Source: Phoronis australis (taxonomy: Eukaryota > Animalia > Phoronida). Taken from it: 64,000 nt of DNA. The position numbers and the translations under genes were made by a program. The DNA lies in NCBI GenBank assembly GCA_002633005.1, contig NMRA01000213.1, positions 331,741 to 395,740 of the forward strand. Reading direction: 5' to 3'. Within the stretch, counting starts at the first letter, position 1. Each line of letters starts with the position of its first letter. Below are positions 49,671 through 61,500 of this stretch, piece after piece. The notes beneath the pieces were generated by a model that saw only the letters and a list, made by a program, of their open reading frames with translations, was not told the DNA's origin and searched no databases.

Positions 49671-52138
49671 TTTTTATGTATTTATTATCCTTTACAAACA
49701 ATTACAAAAACAAACAAACAAATAAGTACACCATTCATTCACGCATGCACACCTCAGGAAGACCATTCTCATATTTCGTTTAAAGTAAATATCTTCTACA
49801 TGAACTTAACATGAACAATAAATTTTTCCCATTTTGCAGAGAAGCTGTCATGTACAAAGTTGTTATGTGCATTTAATTTTTCAGCATTATAGTATTCATA
49901 AGTTTTTGTAACGAACTTGAGAAAATTAGGTATATTTTTGTGACATCTCTCTTTGTAAATGTACTGTTTAGCTAGTAGAAGTAAAATGTTAAATAGGAAA
50001 TCTTGCGTCTTGTAAAGTCCAAGAATAACAATATCGTAAGACAGACAGTTGGGAAGCTGAATGCCACACTTTTGAAGTAGCTTTTCGAATTCCTTCCAGA
50101 AATCTTGTACAAAGCTACATTCCCAAAAAAGGTGTGACAGCGTCTCTGGAGCTTTATTACAAAAGGAACATAGATCAGAATCCCTAACACATATTTTGAC
50201 TAAAAAGGTATTTGTTGCAATAATTCTATGTAGTATTCTAAATTGGAACCATCTAATATGGGGATCCTTTGTAATTTTGTAAGGTAAAGCATATATTTTC
50301 TTCCAATCTAAACTATCTCCTAGCTCTATTTCCCATTTAGACTCTGACTTAGGTTTCTTAACGTTATTAAAGACTGAACAAATATGTCTACAACCCTTCA
50401 AATCTTTCCGTAAGTGAGTAATTGCTAAAGGCATGCAAGGAGAGTAGACATTAACACTTTTAAATTTACTTTGAAATAGACTTTTTTGAAACCTTTTTAG
50501 AACAGAAACAACACCATTATATTCTACAAAGTTGGTTTTCACGTCGAACCTATTTTTCATATTGTTTAGACTAACAAGATCACCATCAGAGGTATACATA
50601 TCTCTAATAAATCTCAAGCCTTTTACAAACCAAGGCTTATAAAAAACACCTGTGCCTCCGATCGCCAAGTTACTATTAAACCACAAAGGTTGGTTCAAAA
50701 AGTCCTCTTTACTTGCAACAATTATTTTCTTGTAGAAAGATAACATACTTTCAAATACGTCGCGCCAGTAGGAATTACCAATTAGAGTTAACTTCGACTT
50801 AATAAAGTCATCTCCAAATGAAGCAAAATTCTTTAAGAACGGGTAGAGTGCGTACAGTAATTCACCACTTTTAGACGCAGGGCTTTCCAGATATCTACGG
50901 GCCATAGCGAGTTTTAAAGCTTTGCTGAAAGTATGCATATTAACCATTTGAATTCCCCCTCGATCAAGTCCTAAACAGGCCGTAGTTCGTTTAATTTTAT
51001 CATTACGGGCCTGCCATACAAATCTAAAAAATGTCGTATTCAATTCACCCAAGACTTTCACTGATGGATTTGGTAAACTTGACAACAAAAAATTAAGTTT
51101 AGAAATAGCTAATGTTTTAATTACCGTTACTCTACCAAACGGCGTTAAATTTCGTCGACTCCAACTTTTTAGTAAAGACTTGATCTCAGTTATTCTTGCA
51201 GTGAAGTTCTTATGCGTCATACTATCCAATTGAGTGTCGAAATCCACCCCCAAAAATCTAAAAGATTTTTTTGTCCAAGACAAAATTTCTTTTGTAGGAA
51301 TCACGTCATCACTACCAGTTTTACTTCCAAACCATATGGCTTTTGTTTTATCCACATTCACTTGGAGACCGGAGACACTAGCAAACAAATGTAGTACATT
51401 CAGTGTGGTAGTCAATGACAAATTCGACCCATCCAACGTAATTGATGTGTCGTCCGCATATTGCGAAATCAAATATTCCTTATTCCCAGCAACTACACCA
51501 GCAATATTTTTATTATTCTTGATTAAATACGCCAAAATCTCCGCGCACAATATAAAAATGTAGGGAGACAATGGGTCACCTTGTCTGCAGCCACGTGAAA
51601 TATTGAACCAAGAAGATGGGTGACCATTTACGACAACACAGGACTTAATATTACTGTAAAAGACTTTCACCCACCTTCTGATCGACCAACCAAAATTAAG
51701 GAACGATAAAGTTTTTTGAATAAAATTCCACGACAATGAATCAAATGCTTTCTCAAAATCAATCAGTAAAAGCAATCCAGGTTTGTTAGCTGCCTGGGCA
51801 TAAAACATTAAATCATATAGCACTCGGATATTTTCGTTCATATTTCTTCCAGAAACGAAACCTGTCTGGTCCTTACTGATTACTTTTCCCAAAACGGATT
51901 TTAACCGTTCAGCTACTGCCGAAGAAGCCAATTTATATGTCACATTGAGCAGGGATATGGGTCCCCAGTTTTTCAAATAATGTTTACTTTTATCTGCTCC
52001 CTTAGGGATGCAGGTGATCACTCCCTCTTTCTGTGTTGAGGATAACTGGCCAACAGCAAAACCTGTATTAAGTGAGAGAACAACGAAATGTCCAATGTCA
52101 GCCCAAAAAAATTTTAAAAATTCCACTGAAAAACCATC
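49671..52138 (-). mobile_element. 5'-truncated L1/Tx1-clade non-LTR retrotransposon with target site duplication
   Basis: TSD AAGATTATT at 49662..49670 and 52139..52147. The minus-strand 3' end reads AATAAA-TACAT-AAAAA. It is truncated at the DGF(S)VEF motif just before the RT core, so no APE domain or ORF1. Confidence 0.93.
49796..52126 (-). CDS. LINE ORF2 fragment: reverse transcriptase plus C-terminal Cys/His zinc-binding domain
   Basis: Uninterrupted 776-codon frame with NWGPISLLN, DQTGF, DFEKAFD, GCRQGDPLSP, QYADD, FLGV and C-terminal CSFC...ETLSHLFWEC. The listed start is a truncation artefact. Confidence 0.95.
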   Translation of the reverse strand: MEFLKFFWADIGHFVVLSLNTGFAVGQLSSTQKEGVITCIPKGADKSKHYLKNWGPISLLNVTYKLASSAVAERLKSVLGKVISKDQTGFVSGRNMNENIRVLYDLMFYAQAANKPGLLLLIDFEKAFDSLSWNFIQKTLSFLNFGWSIRRWVKVFYSNIKSCVVVNGHPSSWFNISRGCRQGDPLSPYIFILCAEILAYLIKNNKNIAGVVAGNKEYLISQYADDTSITLDGSNLSLTTTLNVLHLFASVSGLQVNVDKTKAIWFGSKTGSDDVIPTKEILSWTKKSFRFLGVDFDTQLDSMTHKNFTARITEIKSLLKSWSRRNLTPFGRVTVIKTLAISKLNFLLSSLPNPSVKVLGELNTTFFRFVWQARNDKIKRTTACLGLDRGGIQMVNMHTFSKALKLAMARRYLESPASKSGELLYALYPFLKNFASFGDDFIKSKLTLIGNSYWRDVFESMLSFYKKIIVASKEDFLNQPLWFNSNLAIGGTGVFYKPWFVKGLRFIRDMYTSDGDLVSLNNMKNRFDVKTNFVEYNGVVSVLKRFQKSLFQSKFKSVNVYSPCMPLAITHLRKDLKGCRHICSVFNNVKKPKSESKWEIELGDSLDWKKIYALPYKITKDPHIRWFQFRILHRIIATNTFLVKICVRDSDLCSFCNKAPETLSHLFWECSFVQDFWKEFEKLLQKCGIQLPNCLSYDIVILGLYKTQDFLFNILLLLAKQYIYKERCHKNIPNFLKFVTKTYEYYNAEKLNAHNNFVHDSFSAKWEKFIVHVKFM

Positions 52139-53039
52139 AAGATTATTGGTTTCTATATATAAACATAAAGATGGAATGTCAAGTATGTTCTGCCTTACAA
52201 ATATAGCTTTGTCTCATGTTTTCTTTTATCATTTGCTAAGATTTCTCTGGCTATTCTGTTACAAGTGAGAGAAAATGACTGAAACCAGCCGCCTTACCGT
52301 CTATTTTGCCTTTCGACAAAGTGAAAAACAGTCCTTCACCAATAACCTGAGAGAATTGAACGCCTCAATACAGAAAGTCAGCCCTTGTTATCCTTGATTG
52401 TAGACGCTGTTGCATTGGGAAAATTACAATTGTTTTTAACTGTGTTGTTCCTTTGTATGTATGTATGTATGTGGTTGTTCAGTTTGCCATTTTGTTTTTA
52501 AATACAGTGATTATTGTTTATTACCGAACTAACAAGTTAAAAAATATCTTAGAACTTTTCAAAAGTCTTCTTAAGAAAGCTCTAAAAGAGTTACACATAT
52601 GAACACATCAAATGCAAACAAAGCGAATACTTCGTTTTGATAACCGGGCATTTCTATAGGTCACACAGGGAAATGACAATTCGCTAGCATAATTGGTTCT
52701 CAATTCAGCTTCATAAAAAAACAGCTCAACTGCACTGCATGGGGCTTTAAAACTGAAGAAATAGTGTGGTTTGAATATTTAGTGACAAACTTTCCTGTTA
52801 TAGAAAAATTTATTCGACCATCAAAGTGTAACATTAACCTGTGTTCCACTGACTGTAAGACAATCAATGCAGTCACTAAATGCCATTTCCGAATAATGTG
52901 TACCAAATTGAATTTTTTTTCCATTGATATAAGTCTTTCTTCTGAAATCAAAAGTTATGTAGCTCAGTGAGAAAGGACAGGTATTTATACCAGATGCTTT
53001 TGTTCATTTCTCTGGGATCTAGTTTCATTGGACTTGGCT

Positions 53040-53465
53040 AAGAACGGTCTATAAAAGCGCACTTTCGGCACGCGACTTTCCTCATTCAGCCTCAATGACA
53101 TCTACAATTAGATCCATGAAAGTAAACACAACAGCACATCACTTGACTCGATTTGTGCCCAAATTCTGACCATGAACTAGACCAGATTGTCAATAGGTCT
53201 TCTTTTGCTTCAGTCCTCATGTTTCGTCCAGGAAAGGACATTTGCCGTTGTTGTCCACACATGACTCATTGCCTATAAAAAGGCATTTTATCTCAACAGT
53301 GGCATCCTCACCAACGAGGCTAGCTGATGTAGCAGTCAGATATAGTGCCTCTTCACACACACACAATCCACTGGCACATTTCCTTATGGTAACTTAGTGC
53401 TGCGATTCATATTTCTCCTGGGCCACTGGCTTGTACATTGTGTTATGCAGCACTGCTGGTGTGTG
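53040..53465 (-). pseudogene. Decayed YqaJ-like domain
   Basis: Reads TPAVLHNTMYKPVAQEKYES...GLCVCEEALYLTATSASLVGEDATVEIKCL...VHGQ...CAVVFTF, matching the GL.V...GASPDGLV...VEIKCP...QVQGQ pattern. Confidence 0.75.
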
Positions 53466-55436
53466 GACATGCTATGGGAAGAAAAACGAGGAACAAAGCT
53501 TGTCTATGTTGCGGCTTGAACTGGCCTTAAAATGTCGTTGAAGCTGGAACAACTATTGAAGCACGAATACTTAAATACTTCATGTTGGGTCAAAAATGTT
53601 GCCCCTGTTTTTTAAAATATGATTTCAGACACAATTAAATAATTAGTTTTTCCAGACAGCATGGGTGTCTGTGTTTTTCATCCCTATCCATAACATATAC
53701 TTGCCTGCAAAATATGCAAGTTATTTGAGACAAATTCAGGTGTGGCAAACCCTTTTCATCCAATTTCAGGCCTTTTGGTTTTTGATACTCTCATTAATTT
53801 TAAACACTGACAACAGTTTCATGGGTCTGTCAAGCACCCTTATGATCTAAGGCTGGCTGAGGAAGCGTTTCTCAGATTTTTCGATTTTTCTTCTAATAGA
53901 AGATACATGTATGACGACATGGGTCACTTAAAAATGATGTATACTCTTTCTGTTGTTTAAGAGTAATTAAAATCCTAAGGCACCACTGTTTACGTAATGG
54001 CAGTAAGACGAATATGTTCAAATACCACCTCACTCCTATGTTCACAGCAAAAATCAGTGCAATTTTCACAAAAATGACAGAAATATGAATTTATAAACAA
54101 CAATTCAAGGCATGGATTTAGACTGTTTAGTTATTGAGAATTCAGAAAATGAATGTTAAGGATTACCTCACCATTATCTTTTCCCGGGACACTATTACCT
54201 GTTATTTCCACACATTCAGTTGCACCAAATTTTACAACAAACTCCCCTATGCCAACCACCCGCTAAGGGCCTCAATAAGTAATTTAACAACAGAATTTCA
54301 TACCTTTATTTGAAAATAACTGTCCCTTTTCAGTTAATGCTTTGTTCTTTATTTACTCATATAGAAAGTAGGCTTTGACAATAGATCTGCTGTGGATAGT
54401 AAGATCTTGCTGACTAATTGTAGTCACCTGCTTAAAACCAATTTTTGTCCATTCAAGGACGGTTGCAGAAGCGATGCTTATCTCCTCTGCATGATACCAG
54501 CCCTCAAGGTTAAAAACCAAAGGTCAGGTGGAAATAGACAGAATATGTTTCCATGCCAACGTGCAATAGATTTCAGGATGACATAGGATAGGGAGCAAGC
54601 AAATAGTCTAATGGATATTTGTCACGAACACTTTGGGCTTCGATTGTAATCTTACCACACTATTAACCAGTATCTAGTTGACAGCATAAACATTTTAGCA
54701 TTGATTAATGTAACAATCACTGATAAACCTGTTAGAAATCATTCCAAACAATAATAATACTGCTTTGACGTACGAAAAGACACCGAGTGCTACGTCAAGT
54801 ATCGTAACACAAATCACAAGTCAACAAACAACGATTAACTTGACGGGCTACTGTCGCGAAGTCGACATCGGCCAGTACCACAGTTAACAGGGATTTTAGT
54901 TTTGTAACCGTGGAATAATCGTTAAAAAATAAGCACAAACCTTACCTTTCTATAAGGTTATGTTTACTCCCTCTCGTAGAAGCACCCAGATTTAATTGGC
55001 ACGGGTGCAAGACATTTCACCGTATATTAAATGGCTCGCGAAATCGAGGCTGTCTACCACCACTAGTACACGCGCGCCCTCTAGTATACTGTAAAGATTG
55101 TCGAATAGCCCCATTATCTGAGTGAGGAACGTGTGCTTAAGAATTCAGATGCTAAGAGATAACGTTAAGGTGGTGGTCAAACCTGGTGATAGATTTGATG
55201 TAGTTATTTATTATCAGAATATAATGTCACTCTCCTTGTCATGAAAACCAATCCAGTCGCGAAAGGTTGCGACCAGCGGCCAAATGTCTTAGTCCTCATT
55301 CTCGAGACCAGCGTTACTTTGGACACACGATGTGTTCTCGCGCGACGGTTGTCCATGCACTTGCAGGGGGCAACCATTCAAGATCATTTTGTACACCAAC
55401 ATTGCCAAAAAATAACTAGGCAAAAAAAGTATTAAC

Positions 55437-57412
55437 TAGTTAATATACCACCTGACCCTCAAAAAATTGCACCAAAAGGTTTTACAGTAGTTTTATGCTC
55501 TACAGGGTATTATTATTAACGGAAACAAGGTTTACCGAAATCTGACCACCGGAAATGGGTAAAAACTGCGTCATAGCCATCAAATACAACAGTGGCTGCC
55601 TCATAGTGCTTTGCCGTGATGTCAGCATATGCTCCGGCAATTTTTCCATACACTGTACGCATCTCCTTTCTTCCATTTGAGCTGGTGGAGTAAAGATTTC
55701 CCATCAAGCACATGCCTTTCAGTCTGAAGGTGTGGAAAGTTGTGCTTCATCACGTGCATAGCCTTGGAACATCGGTTATAAACGCGTTGAGCCAGTTGAG
55801 GTTTGTCAGCCTTCCTCAAGATCAGGTTGTCCTCAAAGAGGGACTGTCGGTGTGGACTTAGCTCGAAACTCACCACTTCCCGTCAAGAGACAAGTCATCT
55901 GAACGGGATTCCACCAGGAATCGCTGGAAGAGTAAGCTAGGACCGATGGTTCTGTCAGGACCCATCTGGACAGCAGCTGCGTTTCCTTGGGTAATAGCTT
56001 CCTCTCTCTTCTTAAAAGAGAAAGAAAACACAGGTTGTCGAACTATTCTCTCGATGATTTTGTTCCCAATAGATTCATATCTACATGTATGCACGCTGAC
56101 GAGTGCGTTGGCAACAACACCATTGATGACACTGAGTTGCGCAGGATCTGAGGAGAAGGGTGAAACTGCGTTCAGCTTTGCGCTTATCTTCGCAAGGTCA
56201 CATGCACCTCTTTCAATTCTGGCACCAGTTGCTTCTTTGTGTTGTTCGCTTGTTGTGTAAGTGAGGTCAGTCACTGAAGTCCTGCAAGGCGATGTTCACC
56301 TCTGACGTTACGGGGACCGAAACTGTCCACAATACTCGCTGCTCCTCTGCCATCTTACCGCAATGAGTCAAGCCGGCTGTGCTTTTCAGCGATTGCATTT
56401 AGTAATTTGTTCAATGACTAGATAATAGCTGAGGCCTGCCAAAACTGATCTGGTTTGTTCGCCGAATCACATGAAAACCATTTTTGAAACTTCGCAAACA
56501 CATCTGGATGTTTGCTCTCCATATCAGCCATTTCTTGTAGGCAGAGGTAAGCGGATTTCAGGTGGTTTTGGTGTCCAGCTGCAGCGAGGCATCACCAACA
56601 ACTTGCAAGTGTTCATTCCAAGACCGAGTGCGATCTGCCTTGGTTATTGTCTTAGCAGTCTGGAGAATCTTCAGACCAGCCACAGCTGACTCGTTTTGGA
56701 GTGTGTACTAAGTTCAGACTTCTTCTTCTCAAGATTGTCGATGACCTACGCAACTGGGGCTGATTGTGAGGCACTTGAGATAGATGTTGATATTTTGCCC
56801 TGGGCTTCTAGATTTTTGTGTGGATTTTTTAAATAAAAACCATTGACAAACAAATGTTATATACACTAGACAATGTTTGTGACTTTTATGCAGGCCAAAG
56901 CTTTGGATTAAATATTTGACAGCTTGAATATTAATGCAATGTCCATATTTAAAAATAATTCAGTCAGAATTCAGTCAAATCTAAATGTTTTAAGATAATT
57001 CAATCAGAACTAGTCACATTATCATTCTTTCGTAATGTGGGATATGACATTAAATAAGGGAATCATCATTGATTTTTCGTTCTTGAAGTTTAGCCGCCAT
57101 CTTGAATTTCATATCTAATAATGATCATATCTTAATTATAACCACACCAGTGAGTTGCTCACCCCTTAAAACCATACAAAAGGACCAAAATTGTTGTCTC
57201 TATCACAAATATTGAAGAAGTTACATCTATTTTGAATGATTTCAAAACGTCGTGGTGGCCATCTTGGAAGTGACGCAGTTTTAACCCATTTCCGCTGGAT
57301 TTTGGTAGACATTTTTCCTGTTCAAAAGTGAACCCAGTAGAGCATAAAACTACTGTAAAACCTTTTGCTTCAATTTGTTGTGGGTCGGGTGGCTATTTGT
57401 CATAAATTGACT
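55437..57412 (-). mobile_element. Academ DNA transposon relic with XPG-like transposase fragments
   Basis: About 70-bp inverted repeats at 55441..55508 and 57333..57400, with a TAG start. Minus-strand fragments TTSEQHKEATGARIER, FELSPHRQSLFEDNLILRKADKPQL, VLDGKSLLH and TVVFDGYD resemble Academ XPG-containing proteins. Confidence 0.8.
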
Positions 57413-57414
57413 CG

Positions 57415-57760
57415 TTCAATACCAGATCATCATTCGCCATGTTGAAAGTGACACATATCTGCTAAAGATTTTGGAATCACTATTGATCAGTCACGAAAAA
57501 CCTATGTTGAATGAACAGCTCACAGGTGTGTATCTCACGCTGGCTCTGTTTCGATAGGGTTGTGGGTTTCCTACCGTATGTTGCATTCACACTCTCTGCT
57601 TGTTTACCTCTTTTCCCGCTGTTTGTGTATTTCACTGTTTATTTCGCTACGTCATATGTTCATTCCACTTATTGCCTGATGATGAAACATGCAGTCTCGA
57701 AATATATCTAGTGTTTTAATTTGTTTGTTTGTTATGTCTCTCGGTGTTTTGCTACACAGC
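57415..57760 (+). mobile_element. Penelope-like element 3' fragment with degenerate hammerhead-like motif (about 57671..57713)
   Basis: Reads LKILESLLISHEKPMLNEQLTGVYLTLALFR* (GIY-YIG C-terminus). Downstream is CTGATGA-TGAAACATGCAGTCTC-GAAA-TATATC. Confidence 0.7.
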
Positions 57761-58542
57761 TGCACACCTGAAGAAATGAGATTTTTCCGACACTGCGATC
57801 GAATCAGTATCAATACTTCAAACAAAAAGTTTAGTCGTGTTTTGAACGACGTTTAAAGTCCTTCTCTCAAACTGCCCATGTGGTTCCAGTATCCGAAAAT
57901 ACTTACTACATAAATTCTTATTTTCGACACCCTTTCTTTATATTCTTTTCGCCTTTCTTGCCAAAAGCGATTTTTAACAGTATTTGACCCTTCTCTCCGA
58001 GCGTATGATTACCGGTTGTCATCGGTTATTTCCGTACCCACATTTCCGGCTCATCAGTTCAGGAACTTGTCCTGAACGCTGGCATTTTTTCTTTGTAACT
58101 GAATGTGCTATGGCTTGCTTAAAAAGTCTTCATTATTTTGTTTTATTAGTAATATATCGTGATTCGTTTGCATTTGTAGTGTATTTATAGTTTGTAGTTA
58201 GTGGTCGTTAATTTTTTTGGAATGTTACGCGTACTTAGTATGTTAAAATAGCATTGGTGTTTAGTTCCTTATGTAGGCCGGTCGAACCTAGGAACCAATA
58301 TGGGTCGAACCAATTTTTTTCGGTTTTATTTTTTTAGTACATTCTATTCAGTAAGAATCGAAAAAAGTATCAAAATCGGGGCAAGCACTGTAAAGGTATT
58401 GCAAGTTTTGTGGCGAAATTTGGGTCACTTTGTTTGGATCGCATCGGCCATATTGGAGGACAGCGGGATAAGTTACGAGTTTAAAACTTTGTGTAAATTG
58501 TTTTCGCCAACATATCTTTGCTTACTATTCTGCACGATTTAA

Positions 58543-61500
58543 GAGTAACTCCATATAAAAACCAACAGGTAGAGTCTATACCCAAAATCACCGATTTTTT
58601 TGAAACTTAGCACATGAGTTTGGTTTGTTGAGATGTAGAAAAACCTCACTTTTTAAGAATTTTCATTCATTATTTTTCTTTTTATGACCTGTACCTCTAT
58701 TTTGCAACAAAATTGGGCGTCGAAGTAGGCATGTTTGAATGCATTTTACTAGCATGTGTGGTGAGGTAAAAACAAATGAATAATACGAATTGAAAGGGTA
58801 ATGGCTGAATCATTTAATGGCATAACTTTCAAAATCCATTTTTAAATTTGTACGTTTTGAATTAGTGAGGCAAAAATGACTATTTTTCAGGTTTTCACTG
58901 AAGCCATTTTCGGCCAAATTTGGCACTCTGTAGCAGCCATAACGCACCTTTCCTGAAATTGACTTTATAATAATTTGTTCAGTCATTCCTAACCTGTTCA
59001 TAATCTAAAATAAAAAATCTTGCCTCTAATGTAGTTTTTGCGTACGAAGCATTACACGAACTGCACTTCGTCCTTTTGCATGTTCTCAATTGCCTCTGCT
59101 GCCAATAGGGGGCTCTTGCGAAACACGACATAAAAACCTTGTATTTTGGAGAAAAGGCAGCCAACATTACTAATTACCATTCTGAAAACGGCATTGATGA
59201 TTATTGCTTATTACAAAAAATATGTACGTAAATCAACAGGTATGCGTGCTTCTAAATGATAGATGGCGCTGCTTTTGTTTACGTGGAGACTGAAGACGCA
59301 TCTAGATTAAGAGCAGTAACACGAGGACCTAGCTATAATTTTGAAAACTTCGCGAGATATTGCTCTGCATTCTAAATGAGAACACGTGGTTTTAGATAAT
59401 TTTAGAGAGGCTCTAGTGTTACTGAACTCACCCCTTCCTTGTTTTCTATCTGCCTTGTTCGTGCCACAGGCAAAGGAAGGCACCCAAGGTGGTGGCCCCT
59501 TAGTGTTCAGTGCAAATAGTCATTGTAACTTTGGGTTCATATTGTAATGGCCCTGCTCGTTGCTAGAAATTTCAGTCGCCACCAGTCGCCAGAAACCTAG
59601 TGTTCCACCCCCCACACACCGGCCACCCTAACGCTGAATATTTCTGCCAGTGTGATCATCAGTGGTATAAAAAGGTACACATTCAAAGTCAATAGAAAAT
59701 AATTCACGAGAGACAATTTTGTTAATGACTCATTCATGACAGACATCAAGTAAACAGAAGTAAAGGTTTCGACTTCATATATCACACATCTTTGACTGGA
59801 ATGCTACAAAACTAGGCTAAACGTTGAGCTCATTTACCACTTCATTCAGTAAATCTGACGACATAACAGCATCTTCAGCAGAAATAGCATCGTCATAAAC
59901 ATTGCTGCAGACAATTTCGAAAAAATCCACCAATCTGCGATTCACTTAACAGCACAGGTAAATACTTTCTCATTGGGTTCTCGTAATGTTTTCTCCATTT
60001 TGGCACTTCCGAGGATGAACGTTTTTACCTGACTTATCTCCTTCATCGAATATGTTCGTCAGAATGTTCTTAACCTTTGCTGAAAATCTTGTTGACCTTT
60101 TACCTTTTTTCAATGCCTAACCTATTGCTTCAGGATTCGTCTCATCCAAATACTATCAAATAAAACTCTGAGGCTGCCTCAAATGACGCTCCGGTTCTTG
60201 CATCTGAAAGCATTTCTGACCACTGTCGTGCGATGTGGTCATACATGTACGTGGTTTCCCTCTGTAAATGTTCAATGTGGTTACCCACATCCAATGCTGA
60301 CCTAGTACTGCGTCTGTAGCAAAAATTTCGAGTAACCTTGCTGGGTACAACCCTCATGAAAAAGCTTCAGGAAATTCTAATCCCAAAAGCCAGTGAGAAT
60401 CTCATTGGATTAAAGTTAGATTCCAGTGAGAATCTAACTAATTAAAATGCCATTTAAATTAGTGAGAAAAAATTCTCACTCTAGTGAGAATACAGTGATA
60501 TTCCAGTTAGAATTCAGTGAGAATCTAACTAATTTGCATAGCATTCCCAGTCAGTGAGAATTTGTCTTACAGAAATTCTCACTCAGTAGGAATGCTATGC
60601 AAATTAGTGAGAATTTGTGTTATTGAAATTCTCACTGAGTGAAAATCTCACTGGGTGAGAATTTTGAACTTAGAAAATTTTGTGTGTGCCTTTTATACAG
60701 ACACTGACTGCATAGATGAGAGATCAAAGCTTTTTTGGTAACCAAAACACTGCTTATTTTGTGAGTTTATATTGAAATTAGATTAAGGATACAATAATTG
60801 TGAAACATAAAAGACATAAACTAACAACAATAATGCCTTTGGTGAATCAGCAAAATATTGAAAATGCAGCTGTTAACACAGAATGAAGACATCAGTATAA
60901 TACTGGTGCTTCATGCACTCTACTAGATGTATGAAATGTACTAACCTTAAGCATGTTAACACATAAAATCAGTCCAGGGTCCCCTCTAGTTGACTTGCAG
61001 ACAAACTGTTCAGTAATTTCACAATATTTGTGAGAGAAACATCAACAATCTTCAAGCTATTTCTCCAACTGCTCATTCCTGGTGTCATTTTAGTTTGAAA
61101 TTCAGAAATCTGGTTCAATGTGAAATTTTCCACAGTTACAGCCAATCAGGGTGTTTGTTTTTCTTAAATTCTCACTGAATTCTCACTCCAATTTTGGCAA
61201 GTCTAAATATTCTCACTCAATTCTCACTCAGATTTTTTCTAAGTCTGAAATTCTCACTGATTCTCACTCAGAATTTTTCTAAGACAAAAACTCTCACTGG
61301 ATTCTCAGTGTTACATAACATTTTCTCACTCATTCTCACTGACTGCCCCTGTTGTTCAACTCCCACTGGGTTCTCACTGGCATTTCTAACTATAATTGGT
61401 GATTTAGTGAAAATCTAACTGGAATCTAACTGGAATCCAGTGAGATTCTCACTTTCTTTTTCGTAAGGGAAGGGAACTTTTCATGTTGAGGCTCTTCACT

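Larger units (their letters stand above)
48860..55112 (-). mobile_element. ISL2EU-like DNA transposon relic, copy B, interrupted by the LINE
   Basis: Its reverse complement aligns by eye to about 38490..42657 on both sides of the LINE. The terminus at 55058..55112 (CACCACTAGTACA...AATAGCCCC|AT) resembles the 42722 terminus, consistent with an imperfect TIR and an AT target. Confidence 0.7.

Noticed and set aside
58020-58065. Minus-strand CTGATGAG...GAAA hammerhead candidate
   Set aside because: No proper stem II closing pair or stem III, and no adjacent PLE sequence.
60351-61469. Regular short repeats as a possible CRISPR-like array
   Set aside because: Repeats are only 8-10 bp, irregularly spaced and mirror-oriented within TIRs. 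No cas genes are present and the context is eukaryotic.
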